Below, piece by piece: positions 1-14,986 of a stretch of DNA of 60,931 nt; the first letter of the stretch is position 1; every line of letters begins with the position of its first letter. Below the pieces are notes generated by a model. It had not been told where the DNA came from. It saw only the letters and a list, made by a program, of their open reading frames with translations, and ran no database searches. A program made the position numbers and the translations under genes. This DNA comes from Anaeromyces robustus (Eukaryota), in the NCBI GenBank assembly GCA_002104895.1, contig MCFG01000398.1, forward strand, positions 1-60,931, in the 5' to 3' direction.

Positions 1-1308
1 AATAACTTTCTCCTATACAAAAATAAAATTTATGTTCCCATTAACTGTAGATCCGCTGTTCTCAATATTTGTCATGACTCCCCTTCCGCTGGTCATTTTG
101 GAATTAAGAAAACTGCTTTTCTTGTTAATCGTGATTTTTGGTGGCATTCTATGAATATTGACATTAAAGACTACGTTCGATCTTGTGATACTTGTTGTCG
201 TTCAAAAGACTTTAGGCATAAACCTTATGGCTTCTTAAATCCTCTTGATATTCCTAATCACCCTTGGTCTTCAATTTCAATGGATTTCATAACCGATCTT
301 CCTTCCTCTAATGAATTTACTTGTATACTTGTTGTTCTCGACAGATTCACTAAAATGGGACATTTTATTCCTTTCCCTAATGTTCCCTCTGCCGAAGACA
401 CTGCTTCTGCCTTCATTAACTCTATCTTTCGTCTTCATGGACTACCAGATGAAATTCTTTCAGATAGAGGTACTCAATTCACATCAAAATTCTGGACTGC
501 AATTTGTAATTCTCTCAAAATTTCTATGAAACTGTCTTCTCCATTTCATCACCAAACGAATGGTTTGACGGAGAGGGTGAACTCCGTTATTGAACAGTTT
601 CTCAGATGTTATTCAAATTATAAAGGCACTAATTGGAATGATTATCTATCTTTAGCAGAATTCTGCTACAATAATACAGTCCAAGAATCCTTAAAACACT
701 CTCCTTTCTACGCAAACTACGGATACAACCCAAGGTTTTCTCCGGCAATCCCTAGTTCAACAGAAGTCCCTCGTGCAGAAGAATTTACAAAAAACTTATC
801 AGAATTATTTAAACAACTCAAAGAAAATTTAAACGAAGCCATAAAGAAACAAGAAAAATTCGCAAACAAACACAGAATGAAACCTCCCGAATTCAAGGTT
901 AACGACAAAGTTTGGATAAATAGTTCCCTACTAATTCGTAACAAAAATAAGAAATTAAAACCTAGAAAAATAGGACCTTACCGAATTCTGGAAAAAGTAT
1001 CTCCTGTATCCTATAAAATTGAATTCCCAAAAAATATTCGTATTTATCCGATTATCCACGTCTCCGAACTTGAACCCTTCTACGAAGATAAATTTAATAG
1101 AAAAAAGGAACCACCACCACCAATTATTATAAACGAAGAAGAAGAATACGAAGTTGAAGAAATCCTTGATAAAAGGAAACATTATGGTAAAACTCAATAC
1201 CTCATTAAATGGAAAGGTTATCCATTATCAGAAGCTTCATGGGAACCAGAATCAAATTTAAATTGTCCAGAACTACTCAAAAAATTCAATAAATCAAACA
1301 AAAAATAA
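1..1308 (+). CDS. Ty3/Gypsy (chromovirus) Pol C-terminus: integrase + chromodomain, truncated by the window edge
   Basis: Frame 1 is open from base 1 (..ICHDSPSAGHFG..WWHSM..VRSCDTC, the HHCC zinc-binding motif). It continues through the rve core (ISMDFITDLP, SDRGTQF, QTNGLTERVN), a GPY motif (KIGPYRI..HVSELEPF) and a C-terminal chromodomain (EYEVEEIL..YLIKWKGY..SWEPESNL). Confidence 0.96.
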   Translation, partial: NNFLLYKNKIYVPINCRSAVLNICHDSPSAGHFGIKKTAFLVNRDFWWHSMNIDIKDYVRSCDTCCRSKDFRHKPYGFLNPLDIPNHPWSSISMDFITDLPSSNEFTCILVVLDRFTKMGHFIPFPNVPSAEDTASAFINSIFRLHGLPDEILSDRGTQFTSKFWTAICNSLKISMKLSSPFHHQTNGLTERVNSVIEQFLRCYSNYKGTNWNDYLSLAEFCYNNTVQESLKHSPFYANYGYNPRFSPAIPSSTEVPRAEEFTKNLSELFKQLKENLNEAIKKQEKFANKHRMKPPEFKVNDKVWINSSLLIRNKNKKLKPRKIGPYRILEKVSPVSYKIEFPKNIRIYPIIHVSELEPFYEDKFNRKKEPPPPIIINEEEEYEVEEILDKRKHYGKTQYLIKWKGYPLSEASWEPESNLNCPELLKKFNKSNKK

Positions 1309-1704
1309 AGAAAAAACTTAGATTTTAAAAATGAATCTTAAACACTCTATTAATTATTAATATCACTGTAAAAAAATTTAAATATTATTTACTTTATTAA
1401 TATCAAATTTATTCTATTACTATAGTCAAAATATATTTATACTTAGTTTAAAATTTAGTTAGTTTTATTACTATTAAAATATTATAACTTTATTAATATC
1501 AATATTCATGTAATTATATTATTAATATCATGTAATTTTATTATTAATATCATGTAATTCTCTATTATTATTATCAAAATTTTTATCATTATATAAATTC
1601 GAAATTTTACACAAAAATAATTTATAAATATTAATAAAATTTTTATGGTATAGTTTAGCCTAATTTTGAGATTCGTCTGGTATCCGAATCCTAGAGGAGG
1701 ACCA

Positions 1705-2304
1705 TGTAACGAAACTCAGAATTAGTAAAATAGTAACCATGGTCTAGTGGTCAGACACTAGAACCATCAGGCCGAACCTCTCGGGTTCGACTCTCACTCT
1801 TTCCAATTTTGGAAAAATTTTATTTTAAAAATTTATTATCAAAATTTTCTACACTTTTCCTTGTTGAAGAAATTACTCGAATTTAATCGATAAAATCTTA
1901 TCGATTAAATTCTAAAAGATTCTAGTTTTTCTTTTTATTTTAAATTTTATTTATCCGAGATTCATTTTAAATCAAAAAATCTAAGTTTCTAGAACTTTTA
2001 ATACTTTTTACAAACGAAAACTATTTTTCCGTAAAAAGTATAAATACGTGTAAAATTTCGACAAAAGAAATATTTTTTCTTAGCGTTTTTATTAACTAGT
2101 TAAATAAGTAATTCGAAATATTACACTAACTAATTAATAAATTATTATATTTTAAATTTAATAAAAATTAATAAAACATTTTATTATAAAACATATTTTT
2201 AATTAACTGTGTCTTTTACCTTTCTTAGATCTTCGTGTTGTCCATTATTTCGAGTTACTCAAGCTTGCGGGCCTGTTGCTAATAAACTCCACTCAATCAT
2301 TACA
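1705..2304 (+). repeat. 3' LTR of element A (600 bp)
   Basis: Starts TGTAACG just after the PPT and ends CATTACA. The first ~450 bp align by eye with the LTR at 3272, including a TATA-like GTATAAATA. Confidence 0.85.
1740..1810 (+). promoter_or_regulatory. tRNA-like RNA polymerase III type-2 promoter module inside LTR A
   Basis: A-box TGGTCTAGTGG at 1740-1750 and B-box GGTTCGACTC at 1784-1793 (44-nt offset), then TTCCA and a T4 run at 1807-1810. The module is conserved in LTR B. Confidence 0.6.
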
Positions 2305-2950
2305 AATACTCCCAAATTCATTCGTGACGAATTCTCAAAATACAAAATCTGATAAATCTTGTAAACCTCATTCTAAAAATAATAATAATCTTGATAATCA
2401 CTCTGGCAATAAATCTTTCTGTAATACTTCTTGTTTCCACTCAGAACGTACAAAATCAATTAATTCACAACCTTTGAAAAATAATAATAAACCAACTTAT
2501 GTTTCTAACTCTTGTGTACTTCCTAGAAAAAATTCTTGTAATAATCCTGTTAATCTTAGTACAAATTCTTGTAATCCTGTTAACTCTAGTAATTCTCCTT
2601 GTAACTCTGTTAATCTTAGTAACGATTCTTTTAATAATAATTCTTGTAATAATCTGAAATCTGGTAATCAATCTGTTTCCTCTGGCAATCCTAATTCTTG
2701 CTCAAAATCAAATTCTTCAAATCAACCTATTCAAAATATTAATTTTTCAAAACCCAATAATCCAATCTTTTCGAAGGAGAGTGTGAATAATAAGAATAAA
2801 TCAAATTCAAATTTTTATTCAAAATCAATTAAATACAAAAGAAAACAAAACAACAAATTTAAAGAATTTAAAGTTGATGCATACCTCCCTTATGAAGATA
2901 AACCACCTGAAAATTTACCCTGTTATTTTGTTAAAAACAAATCAAAATGA
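2305..2950 (+). CDS. Low-complexity ORF remnant of element B, 5'-truncated by the LTR A insertion
   Basis: Open frame with SCNPVN(L/S)S repeats. The first codons of the listed ORF (2276-2304) lie inside LTR A, so that start is not real. Confidence 0.45.
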
Positions 2951-3271
2951 AAAAGAAAAACTTAAATAATGAATCTCAATTATTAAATTTATTTTATCAA
3001 TATTTTATTAATATCAAACTTATTATTATTATTTAGTCTAAAATCTTAGTTTAGTTTAGTTTAGTTTAGTTTAGCTTATTATTATTATTAATATCATGTA
3101 AACTTTATTAATATTCATGTATTTTATTAATATTCATGTATTTTTATTAATATCAAATTATATTATTTTTACACCTATATAGTATAGTTTAAAATTTAGT
3201 TAAAAAATTTTTTAGTATAGTTTAGCCTAGTTTTAAGATTCGTCTGGTATCCGAATCCTGAAGGAGGACCA

Positions 3272-3986
3272 TGTAACGAATCCCTCAATTAGTAAAATAG
3301 TAACCATGGTCTAGTGGTTAGTAACTATGACCATCTGGGCGAACACTCTGGGTTCGACTCACACCTTGTTCCAAATTTTATAAAAATTTTATTTTAAATT
3401 TATTTATTATAAATTTCTGTATTTTATTCTGTATTTGTTTCTGTATTTTATTTCTGTATTTCTTTATAGAATTACATGGAATAGAATTAGAAACTTTAAG
3501 AAAAAATTATATAATATTTCTTTATTTTTCTATGAGATTCATTTTATAACAAAATATCTTAGTTTCTAGCAATTTTTATTATTTTTTATGAACTTTTATT
3601 TTTAAAACTATTTTTCCGCAAAAAGTATAAATAGGTGTAAAACTTTTAGTTAAAATATTTTTCTTTGTGCTTTTATTCTTTTATAACTTTATATATATTA
3701 GTAATAATTAATTCATAAGTAGTTCGAAATACTACAAAGATTAGTTATTATTAATTTTTAATAATTAATAAAACTATATTTTAATATAACATATTTTAAA
3801 TAAAAATAAAATAAAACTTAAAACTAAATCTTACTAATATATATATCTCGACACCGACCTTTCAGGTTAACAAAGGAAAGGTGTTCTGATATTGCAATAA
3901 GTATCTTTTATTTTAAATTTTATTTTGTTTGTGTTTACTTCAGATTTTGGTGTCAATTGTAATATTGGAACTACCGTTCCGTTACA
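3272..3986 (+). repeat. 3' LTR of element B (715 bp)
   Basis: Perfect 7-bp terminal inverted repeat TGTAACG...CGTTACA following the PPT. A-box at 3307-3317, B-box at 3351-3360. Confidence 0.87.
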
Positions 3987-4997
3987 ATTCTAAAGTTTAT
4001 ATTATTTTTTTATATTTATTATTTGTTATCGTCTTTTTAATAAAAATACATATATAATACTGTTATATTATTTATTATATATTATATTTATTATTATTCA
4101 TTTATAAAAAAAAATTTAATAAATATATTTAATTTTATAATGAATTTTTATTTTATTTTTTATTTTTTTTTTTATTTTTTTTTTTATTTTTTTTTTTTAG
4201 TAATAAAAAAAAAAATTTATTTATTAGTTTTATTCTATTCATTTATTTATATATTTTTTTTTATTTATTTATTTAATTTTTTTTAATTATATATTATTTT
4301 ATTTCATAACGTGGCTTTTATAATTTGTGTTAAAAAATTTTTCATTTTTTTATTTGTTTTTTATGCGCCTCATTGCAAAAATTTAATATGCGCCCCATAT
4401 CGTATTGCGAAATGCAACATTGCGAAATGCAACACATTCAAATAAATTATATATATACAAAATAAATTAACAATTACGAAATACATTGCCGAAATGCACA
4501 CTTCCCATGCAACACATTTATATTAAATGAATGTGTTGCATTTCGCAATGTTGCATTTCGCAATGTTGCATTTCGCAATATGATATGGGGCGCATATTAA
4601 ATTTTTGCAATGAGGCGCATAAAAAACAAATAAAAAAATGAAAAATTTTTTAACACAAATTATGAAAGCCACGTTATGAAATAAAATAAAATAGAATTTA
4701 AAAAAATTAAATAAATAAATAAAAAATATATATATAAATAAATGAATAGAAAATAAATAAATAAATAAATATTTCTTTTTTTATTAATTATTTAATTACA
4801 AAAAAAAAAAGTAAAAAAATTAAAAAAAAAAAAAAAAATTTATTTTAAAATTAAATATATTTATATTATTTTTTTGATAAATGAATAATAATAAATAAAA
4901 TAAAAAGATAATAAATAATATAACAGTATTATATATGTATTTTTATTAAAAAGACGATAACAAATAATAAATAAAAAAATAATATAAATTTTAGAAT
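3987..4997. repeat. Long inverted repeat (arms ~3987-4440 and ~4528-4997) of a MULE/foldback-type family
   Basis: The arms are reverse complements (e.g. GTTATCGTCTTTTTAATAAAAATAC vs GTATTTTTATTAAAAAGACGATAAC; ATGCGCCTCATTGC vs GCAATGAGGCGCAT). The inner ends carry tandem 14-bp ATTGCGAAATGCAAC-type repeats. Confidence 0.85.
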
Positions 4998-6420
4998 AAA
5001 GAAAAGAAACAAATAAATAAATATTTTTTTATAAATTACTTATTTACAAAAAAAAATATAAAATATAAAAATTCATTATAAAATTAAATATTTTTATAAA
5101 ATTTTTTTGATTTGAAATATTAAAAGAAATATTCAATATTATTAAAATATTAAATAAAAATTACAATTAAATAAAAAAAATATTCAAAAAATATTCAATA
5201 TTATTAAAATATTAAATAAAAAAATATTGAAGAAATATTCAATATCATTAAATAAAAAAAATAAATAAAATATTATTAAAATACTAAAAAAATATTCAAT
5301 ATTAAAAAAAAATATTTAATATTATTAAAACATTAAATAAAAAAATATTATTAAATAAAAAAAAAATTATTAAATAAAAAAAAAATATTATATAATTCTT
5401 TATATTATATTTTTATTTATTTAATTATTTATACAATTATGCGCCCCATTGCGAAATGCAACATTGCGAAATGCAACATTGCGAAATGCAACTCTCCCAT
5501 TTTTTTATTTGTTTTTTATGCGCCTCATTGCAAAAATTTAATATGCGCCCCATATCATATTGCGAAATGCAACATTGCGAAATGCAACACATTCATTTCT
5601 TTTCTTATTAATTACTTACAAAAAAAAAATAAAGTAAAAAAATTAAAAAAAATAATTATTATAAAATTAAATATATTTATATTATTTTTTTGATAAATGA
5701 ATAATAATAAATAAAATAAAAGATAATAAATAATATAACAGTATTATATATGTATTTTTATTAAAAAGACGATAACAAATAATAAATAAAAAAAATAATA
5801 TAAATTTTAGAATAAAGAAAAGAAACAAATAAATAAATATTTTTTTATTAATTACTTATTTACAAAAAAAAATATAAAAATAAAAATTAATTATAAAATT
5901 AAATATTTTTATAAAATTTTTTTGATTTGAAATATTAAAAAAAAATTCAATATTATTAAAATATTAAATAAAAAATATAATTATAAAAAAAAATATTCAA
6001 AAAATATTCAATATTATTAAATTATTAAATAAAAAAAATATTCAAAAAATATTCAATATTAATTAAATAAAAAAATAATGAAGAAATATTCAATATCATT
6101 AAATAAAAAAAAATAAATAAAATATTATTAAAATACTAAAAAAATATTCAATATCATTAAATAAAAAAAATAAATAAAATATTAAAATACTAAAAAAAAT
6201 TCAATATTAAAAAAATATTTAATATTATTAAATCATTAAATAAATATATTATTAACTAAAAAAAATATTATTAAATAAATAATTCTTTATATTATATTTT
6301 TATTTATTTAATTATTTATACAATTATGCGCCCCATTGCGAAATGCAACATTGCGAATTGCAACCTACAAATCTTTGTCGTGCGCCCCATTGCGAAATGC
6401 AACTCTCCCATATTTTTATT
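4771..6420. repeat. Direct duplication (~4771-5505 and ~5595-6420), each copy ending in the terminal motif GCGAAATGCAACTCTCCC
   Basis: Colinear shared blocks (TAACAGTATTATATATGTATTTTTATTAAAAAGACGATAAC; TATACAATTATGCGCCCCATTGCGAAATGCAAC). The linker 5500-5594 is a direct copy of 4345-4440. Confidence 0.8.
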
Positions 6421-6458
6421 TATTTATTTAATTTTTTTAATTATATAGGGAGTTGCAT

Positions 6459-9400
6459 GGGAGAAGTGCATTTCGGAATCGTGCATTTCGGAATCGTACA
6501 TTATTGTATGTGGCTTGATGATAAAATATTTTATAGCCACATTTATCAAAAATAAATAAATAAATAAATATATAAATAACTAAATAAAATCTAAATAATA
6601 TTTTATTAATAATCTTTTAAATAATATTTTGTTAAAAATTGTATGTAAAAAAGGACTTGGTCTGTTGTCATTAAATAAATAAAACTATTATATTTTAAAA
6701 ATAATTATTTACATAAATATAATACTAATAATTGGAATTATTATAAGAATATAGAGCATATAACAAATAATGCTTCAGAATCTTTTAATAATTACTTAAA
6801 TAATTTATTTCCAAAAAAACCTTCATTTTTTTAAATTAATTTATAAATTAAAAAAAGAAGAATCCTTATCCTACAATGATTACGAAAGGAGAATTAATGG
6901 AATCTGGAGGAAAAAACAAAAAATAATTAGAAAAACTGATGAAATAAAAAATATAATTGAAAATTATAAATATATGGAAAAAGATTATATTTATAATGGA
7001 TATGATAGAAAAGATATTGTTGAATTATGGTATAATTGCTTAATTGATTTAAATAATAAAAAATACTAATTTTTTATTATAAACTAGTATTTTTCTAACC
7101 TTTTTAAATTATATGTTATGCTTAATTATTGTTCTTGTAACAATATAAGGAAATAAAATTACTTTAAGATTTTTTTTAGCTAGTTTTTAGCTAAATTATA
7201 TCTAAAACTGATCTATTTAACTATAATTAAAATATAATTAATATCAATATCAAAATTTTTAGTATAAAAATATTATTAATATCAATATCAAAATTTTTAA
7301 TATAAATATATTATTATTAATATCAATATCAAATTTTTTAGTATAAAAATATTATCAATATCAATGTCAATTTTATTTAGTAAAAATAATAATATTAATT
7401 ATTAATTATGTTTAAAAAATCATTAAATAAATATTTTTTTATTTTTTATTATTTTATTAAAATTTTAGTTATTATTATTACAATTTAATAATAAAATAAA
7501 TTAAAATATTTTATATAAATAATTTTAAATATAAATGAAAAATATTATAAAATATTAAATAAAATAAAAGACTTTGAAAAAATATGATTTTTGTTTGTTT
7601 GTAAAAGTTAATGAATAACTTGAATCTTTCTTTTTTAAATTTTTTTTGTATTCTTTTGTATTTTTTTTTCAATTCTTTGATTTTATTATAATTTTTTTAA
7701 TTATTTTTATTTCATTTTATTTCATTTTTTAATTTGTAATTATTAATTATAATTTTTAATTATTATTTATTTATTTATTCATTTATTTAATATATAAAAT
7801 TTCATGCGCCACAGATTCCGAAATGCACGATTGCGAAATGCACCACATTCGATGGAGGTGCATTTCGAAAATTTGTATTTCGAAAACTTGTATTTCGTAA
7901 AAGTGCATTTCGGAAAAAATGGCGTATTATAATGTAATAAATAAATAAATTAATAAATAAATTATAAAATAAATAAATTTTAAAGTAAATAAATTATTAA
8001 ATAATAATAAATAAATTAATAATAAAAAATTAATAAGAATAAATAAATAATAAATAAATTAATAAATAAAATAAATAATAAATAAATAAAATTAAATAAA
8101 AAATAAATTTAATTATAAATTAATCAATATTATAAATATAAAAGTATTTATTATTAAAAATATTTAAAATCATATTAATTGATACTTAAATTAATCATTT
8201 TTATACGATTTTAATATTCTAATATAAATTTCTTATTTATTTTTAATTCTTGAAATTTTATTCTTCTCTTTTAATAACGTATTAGTATATTTAATAATTA
8301 ACAATTGAAATATGCTGTTAATTATTATTATTAATCATAAATTAGCGAATAATTTTTTATTTTATTATTATATATTAAAATATAATTGTGTATATTTTAT
8401 ATTTTTGAATAAAACTTTAAAGTATAAATTATTAATAAAAAAATAAATTAAGATATCAATATCAAAATCATATATATTTTAACAGTATTTTATTTAAAAA
8501 TGTTTTCGAAATACAAATTTTCGAAATGCACCACCATCGCAAAATACAACACTCTAATAAATAATAATAATTATGTTAGGCATTCTTATTAATACCTTTA
8601 TAATAAAAAATAAAATAAAAAGAGTAAATATTTTTTTAATGATTAAAAAATAAAATAAAACAAAATAAAAAATAAAAAAACATTTTTTTAAAAAAAATTA
8701 ATAATAAAATAAATAAATAAAATAATAAATAAAGAAATAATAAATAATTAATAATTAAATAAATGTTTTATTTTTAAATATATAAAAAAAAGAATATGTT
8801 TTTTTTTAAATATAAAAAAAAAAGAAAATATTTTTTTTTATATTAAAATTTTTTTTTATTTTTTATTTTGGTTTATTTTATTTTTTAATGCTTAAAAATA
8901 AAATGTTTACTTATTTTTATTTTATTCTTTAATGTTTAAAAAATAAAATGTTTATTTATTTTTATTTTATTTTTTAATGTTTAAAAAAAAATATTTTCTT
9001 TTTTTTTATATTTAAAAAAATAAAACATTTATTTAATTATTAATTATTTATTATTTCTTTATTTATTATTTTTATTTATTTATTTTATTATTAATTTTTT
9101 TTAAAAAAAATGTTTTTTTATTTTTTTTTTAATTTATTCGCCAAAATTTTGGTGGCTTTTATATTTACGTCATAAAATATCAACACAATTATTATTAACG
9201 CCATAAATTAAATATATGGCTTTAAAAAATTGTAGAAATAAGCCACAAAACAATGACACAATTGCATGTACGCCCCACGTAATTATACGTGACTTAAAAA
9301 TTTTTACAAATTGCAACTTTATTTATTTAATTAATTATTATTTATTTATTAAATTTTTAATGAAATTAAGTGGCTTTAAATAAAAAATATTCAAGCCATC

Positions 9401-9506
9401 TTACGAAATACAAATTTTCGAAATGCAACTCTCCCAAATAAATTAATAAAATAAATAAATTATAAAATAAATAAATTATACAAATTTTCGAAATGCAACT
9501 CTCCCC
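6459..9506 (+). mobile_element. Mutator-like (MULE) DNA transposon cluster with multiple termini
   Basis: Left end GGGAGAAGTGCATTTCGG (6459), an internal transposase relic, and inverted TGCATTTCG/CGAAATGCA subterminal arrays at ~7815-7913 and ~8502-8555. Right-facing ends GAAATGCAACTCTCCC occur at 9435 and 9506. No TSD was found, so boundaries are approximate. Confidence 0.65.
6679..7069 (+). pseudogene. MULE transposase C-terminal relic
   Basis: Translates YFKNNYLHKYNTNNWNYYKNIEHITNNASESFNNYLNNLFPKKPSFF, the TNNxxESxN catalytic-Glu motif of Mutator transposases. A frameshift in the T-run at ~6830 leads to KLIYKLKKEES..LWYNCLIDLNNKKY*. Confidence 0.8.
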
Positions 9507-9624
9507 ATATTTCATAATATGTAATAGCATATTAAAGAATTATTAATTAATATTGCACCTTTCCTTGTTTTAGTAAAAATTAAAAAATTCTTTACTTACA
9601 AAATTATACCAATAATATAAAAAA

Positions 9625-9656
<32 letters not shown>

Positions 9657-10006
9657 AAAATTAATTAATTAAAATAATTATAAAATCGACTACTTGATTT
9701 ATCCTCTACAGTATTATAATAATAAAAAAGGATAAATAATAAATAATAATAATATTTAATAAATTAATAATTAATAAATAATTATATAAATTATAATAAT
9801 AATTGTAATAATAAATAATAATAATAAAAATAATTGCAATAATAAATTATCATTCACTCATTATTTATCATACTTAATAAAAATTTACAAATTACTATTT
9901 TCCTTTTTTCTACCTCATATAATTGTTAATTATTATATAATCATAACTATATATATATTTTTTTATTTCATTATTAACAAAATTTTACTTGACTGATTTA
10001 TAATTA

Positions 10007-10430
<424 letters not shown>

Positions 10431-10737
10431 TATTTATTAATTTTTTATTAATATTATTATTACTTGTTTTTTGTTTTGTCTTGTTTTGTTTTTAATTTAT
10501 TTATTTTTTTTTATTTGTATGGTTACGTTTATAATATTTTTTTTTTACTTTAATTTTTTTTTTTTTATTAGAAAAAAAATATATTTTTATTATTAATACT
10601 ATTATTAATAATATTTTATTTATAATTATTATTTTTTTTATTATGATAAATATATAATATTGCATATATTCATTTCTCTTTTGATTTGATTTAAAAGTGA
10701 AATATATAACATAAAAATAGTTTTCAATACAAAAAAA

Positions 10738-14058
<3,321 letters not shown>

Positions 14059-14986
14059 TATAACGATATTTTAATGTATGAAGAATGAATATATATATTT
14101 ATTATATAAAACTATTAATTATGAAATTTAGATTTACTTTTTATTCTTTTCTCTTTTTTTCCCTTTTGTTTATTTTTATTATATATATGTATTTTATTTT
14201 AAAAATAAAGCAAAAATAAAATCTTATTTAAAATAAACTAAAAATATTCAAGATCAAATAAATTTTACTTTTTTTTTTTTTTTTGAAAAAAAATAAAATA
14301 TAGTAAAATTTTAATTTTTAATTATTATATTATTATTTGTTGTTTTGTATATTAAAATAAAATAGTAATAATTTTACTTATTTATTATATTATTTATTAA
14401 AATCATTATATTAAAAAATATTAAATTTATTTTAATTAAAAAAAATATTCATAATAATAATTAAGAATATATAATTTTAACAAATTTAATGTAAATAATA
14501 TATTTTTTTAAATTAATAATTTATACTTAACAACACATTATTAATAATTATTAATTGCTTTTTATTATTTATATATTCAATTAATTATAACATAGATAAA
14601 GAATATATCAAATATTTTTTTATATATTCATTTTCATTATTAACAAAATTTATAATTTTTAAATATAAAACATATACTATATTCAATGAAATATATTATT
14701 ATTTGTTATAATTTTTGAATGTAAAACATATACTATATTCAATGATATATATTATTATTTGTTATAATTTTTGAATTATTACATATAATAATAATTTAAA
14801 ATAAAGATTAAAAAATAAATATATATATTAAAGAAAAGATAGTTTAATCTCTCTTTTTTATTATTATTATATATTATTTATACTTTGGAATAATATAAAA
14901 TATAATAACATTTCAAACTATTATATGCGGTAATCAATATAAAAAAAAAAAAAAAAAAAAAACCGAGGTAGTCCAAATTAAATGCC

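Larger units (their letters stand above)
1..2304 (+). mobile_element. Chromoviral LTR retrotransposon, 3' portion (element A)
   Basis: Order is integrase ORF, 3' UTR, polypurine tract AGAGGAGGA (1693-1701), then LTR 1705-2304 with TGTAA...TTACA termini. Confidence 0.9.
2305..3986 (+). mobile_element. Related LTR retrotransposon, 3' portion (element B), interrupted by element A; probably non-autonomous
   Basis: An Asn/Ser/Cys-rich frame runs to 2950. It is followed by a 3' UTR similar to element A's (TTTATTAATATCATGTA repeats), an identical pre-PPT 21-mer, the PPT GAAGGAGGA and LTR 3272-3986. Confidence 0.8.

Noticed and set aside
1733..1805. A genuine tRNA gene
   Set aside because: A and B boxes are present, but acceptor, anticodon and T stems do not pair into a cloverleaf. 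Treated as a tRNA-like module instead.
4400..6410. CRISPR-like recurring ATTGCGAAATGCAAC repeats
   Set aside because: The units are directly tandem with no unique spacers, occur in both orientations at transposon ends, and there are no cas genes in this eukaryotic context. ORFs 5439-5693 and 6343-6555 are by-products.
14963..14986. CCGAGGTAGTCCAAATTAAATGCC next to the LINE tail resembles the 28S rDNA R2 target (AAGGTAGCCAAATGCC)
   Set aside because: It needs two insertions to align and there is no other rDNA sequence nearby. Origin unresolved.
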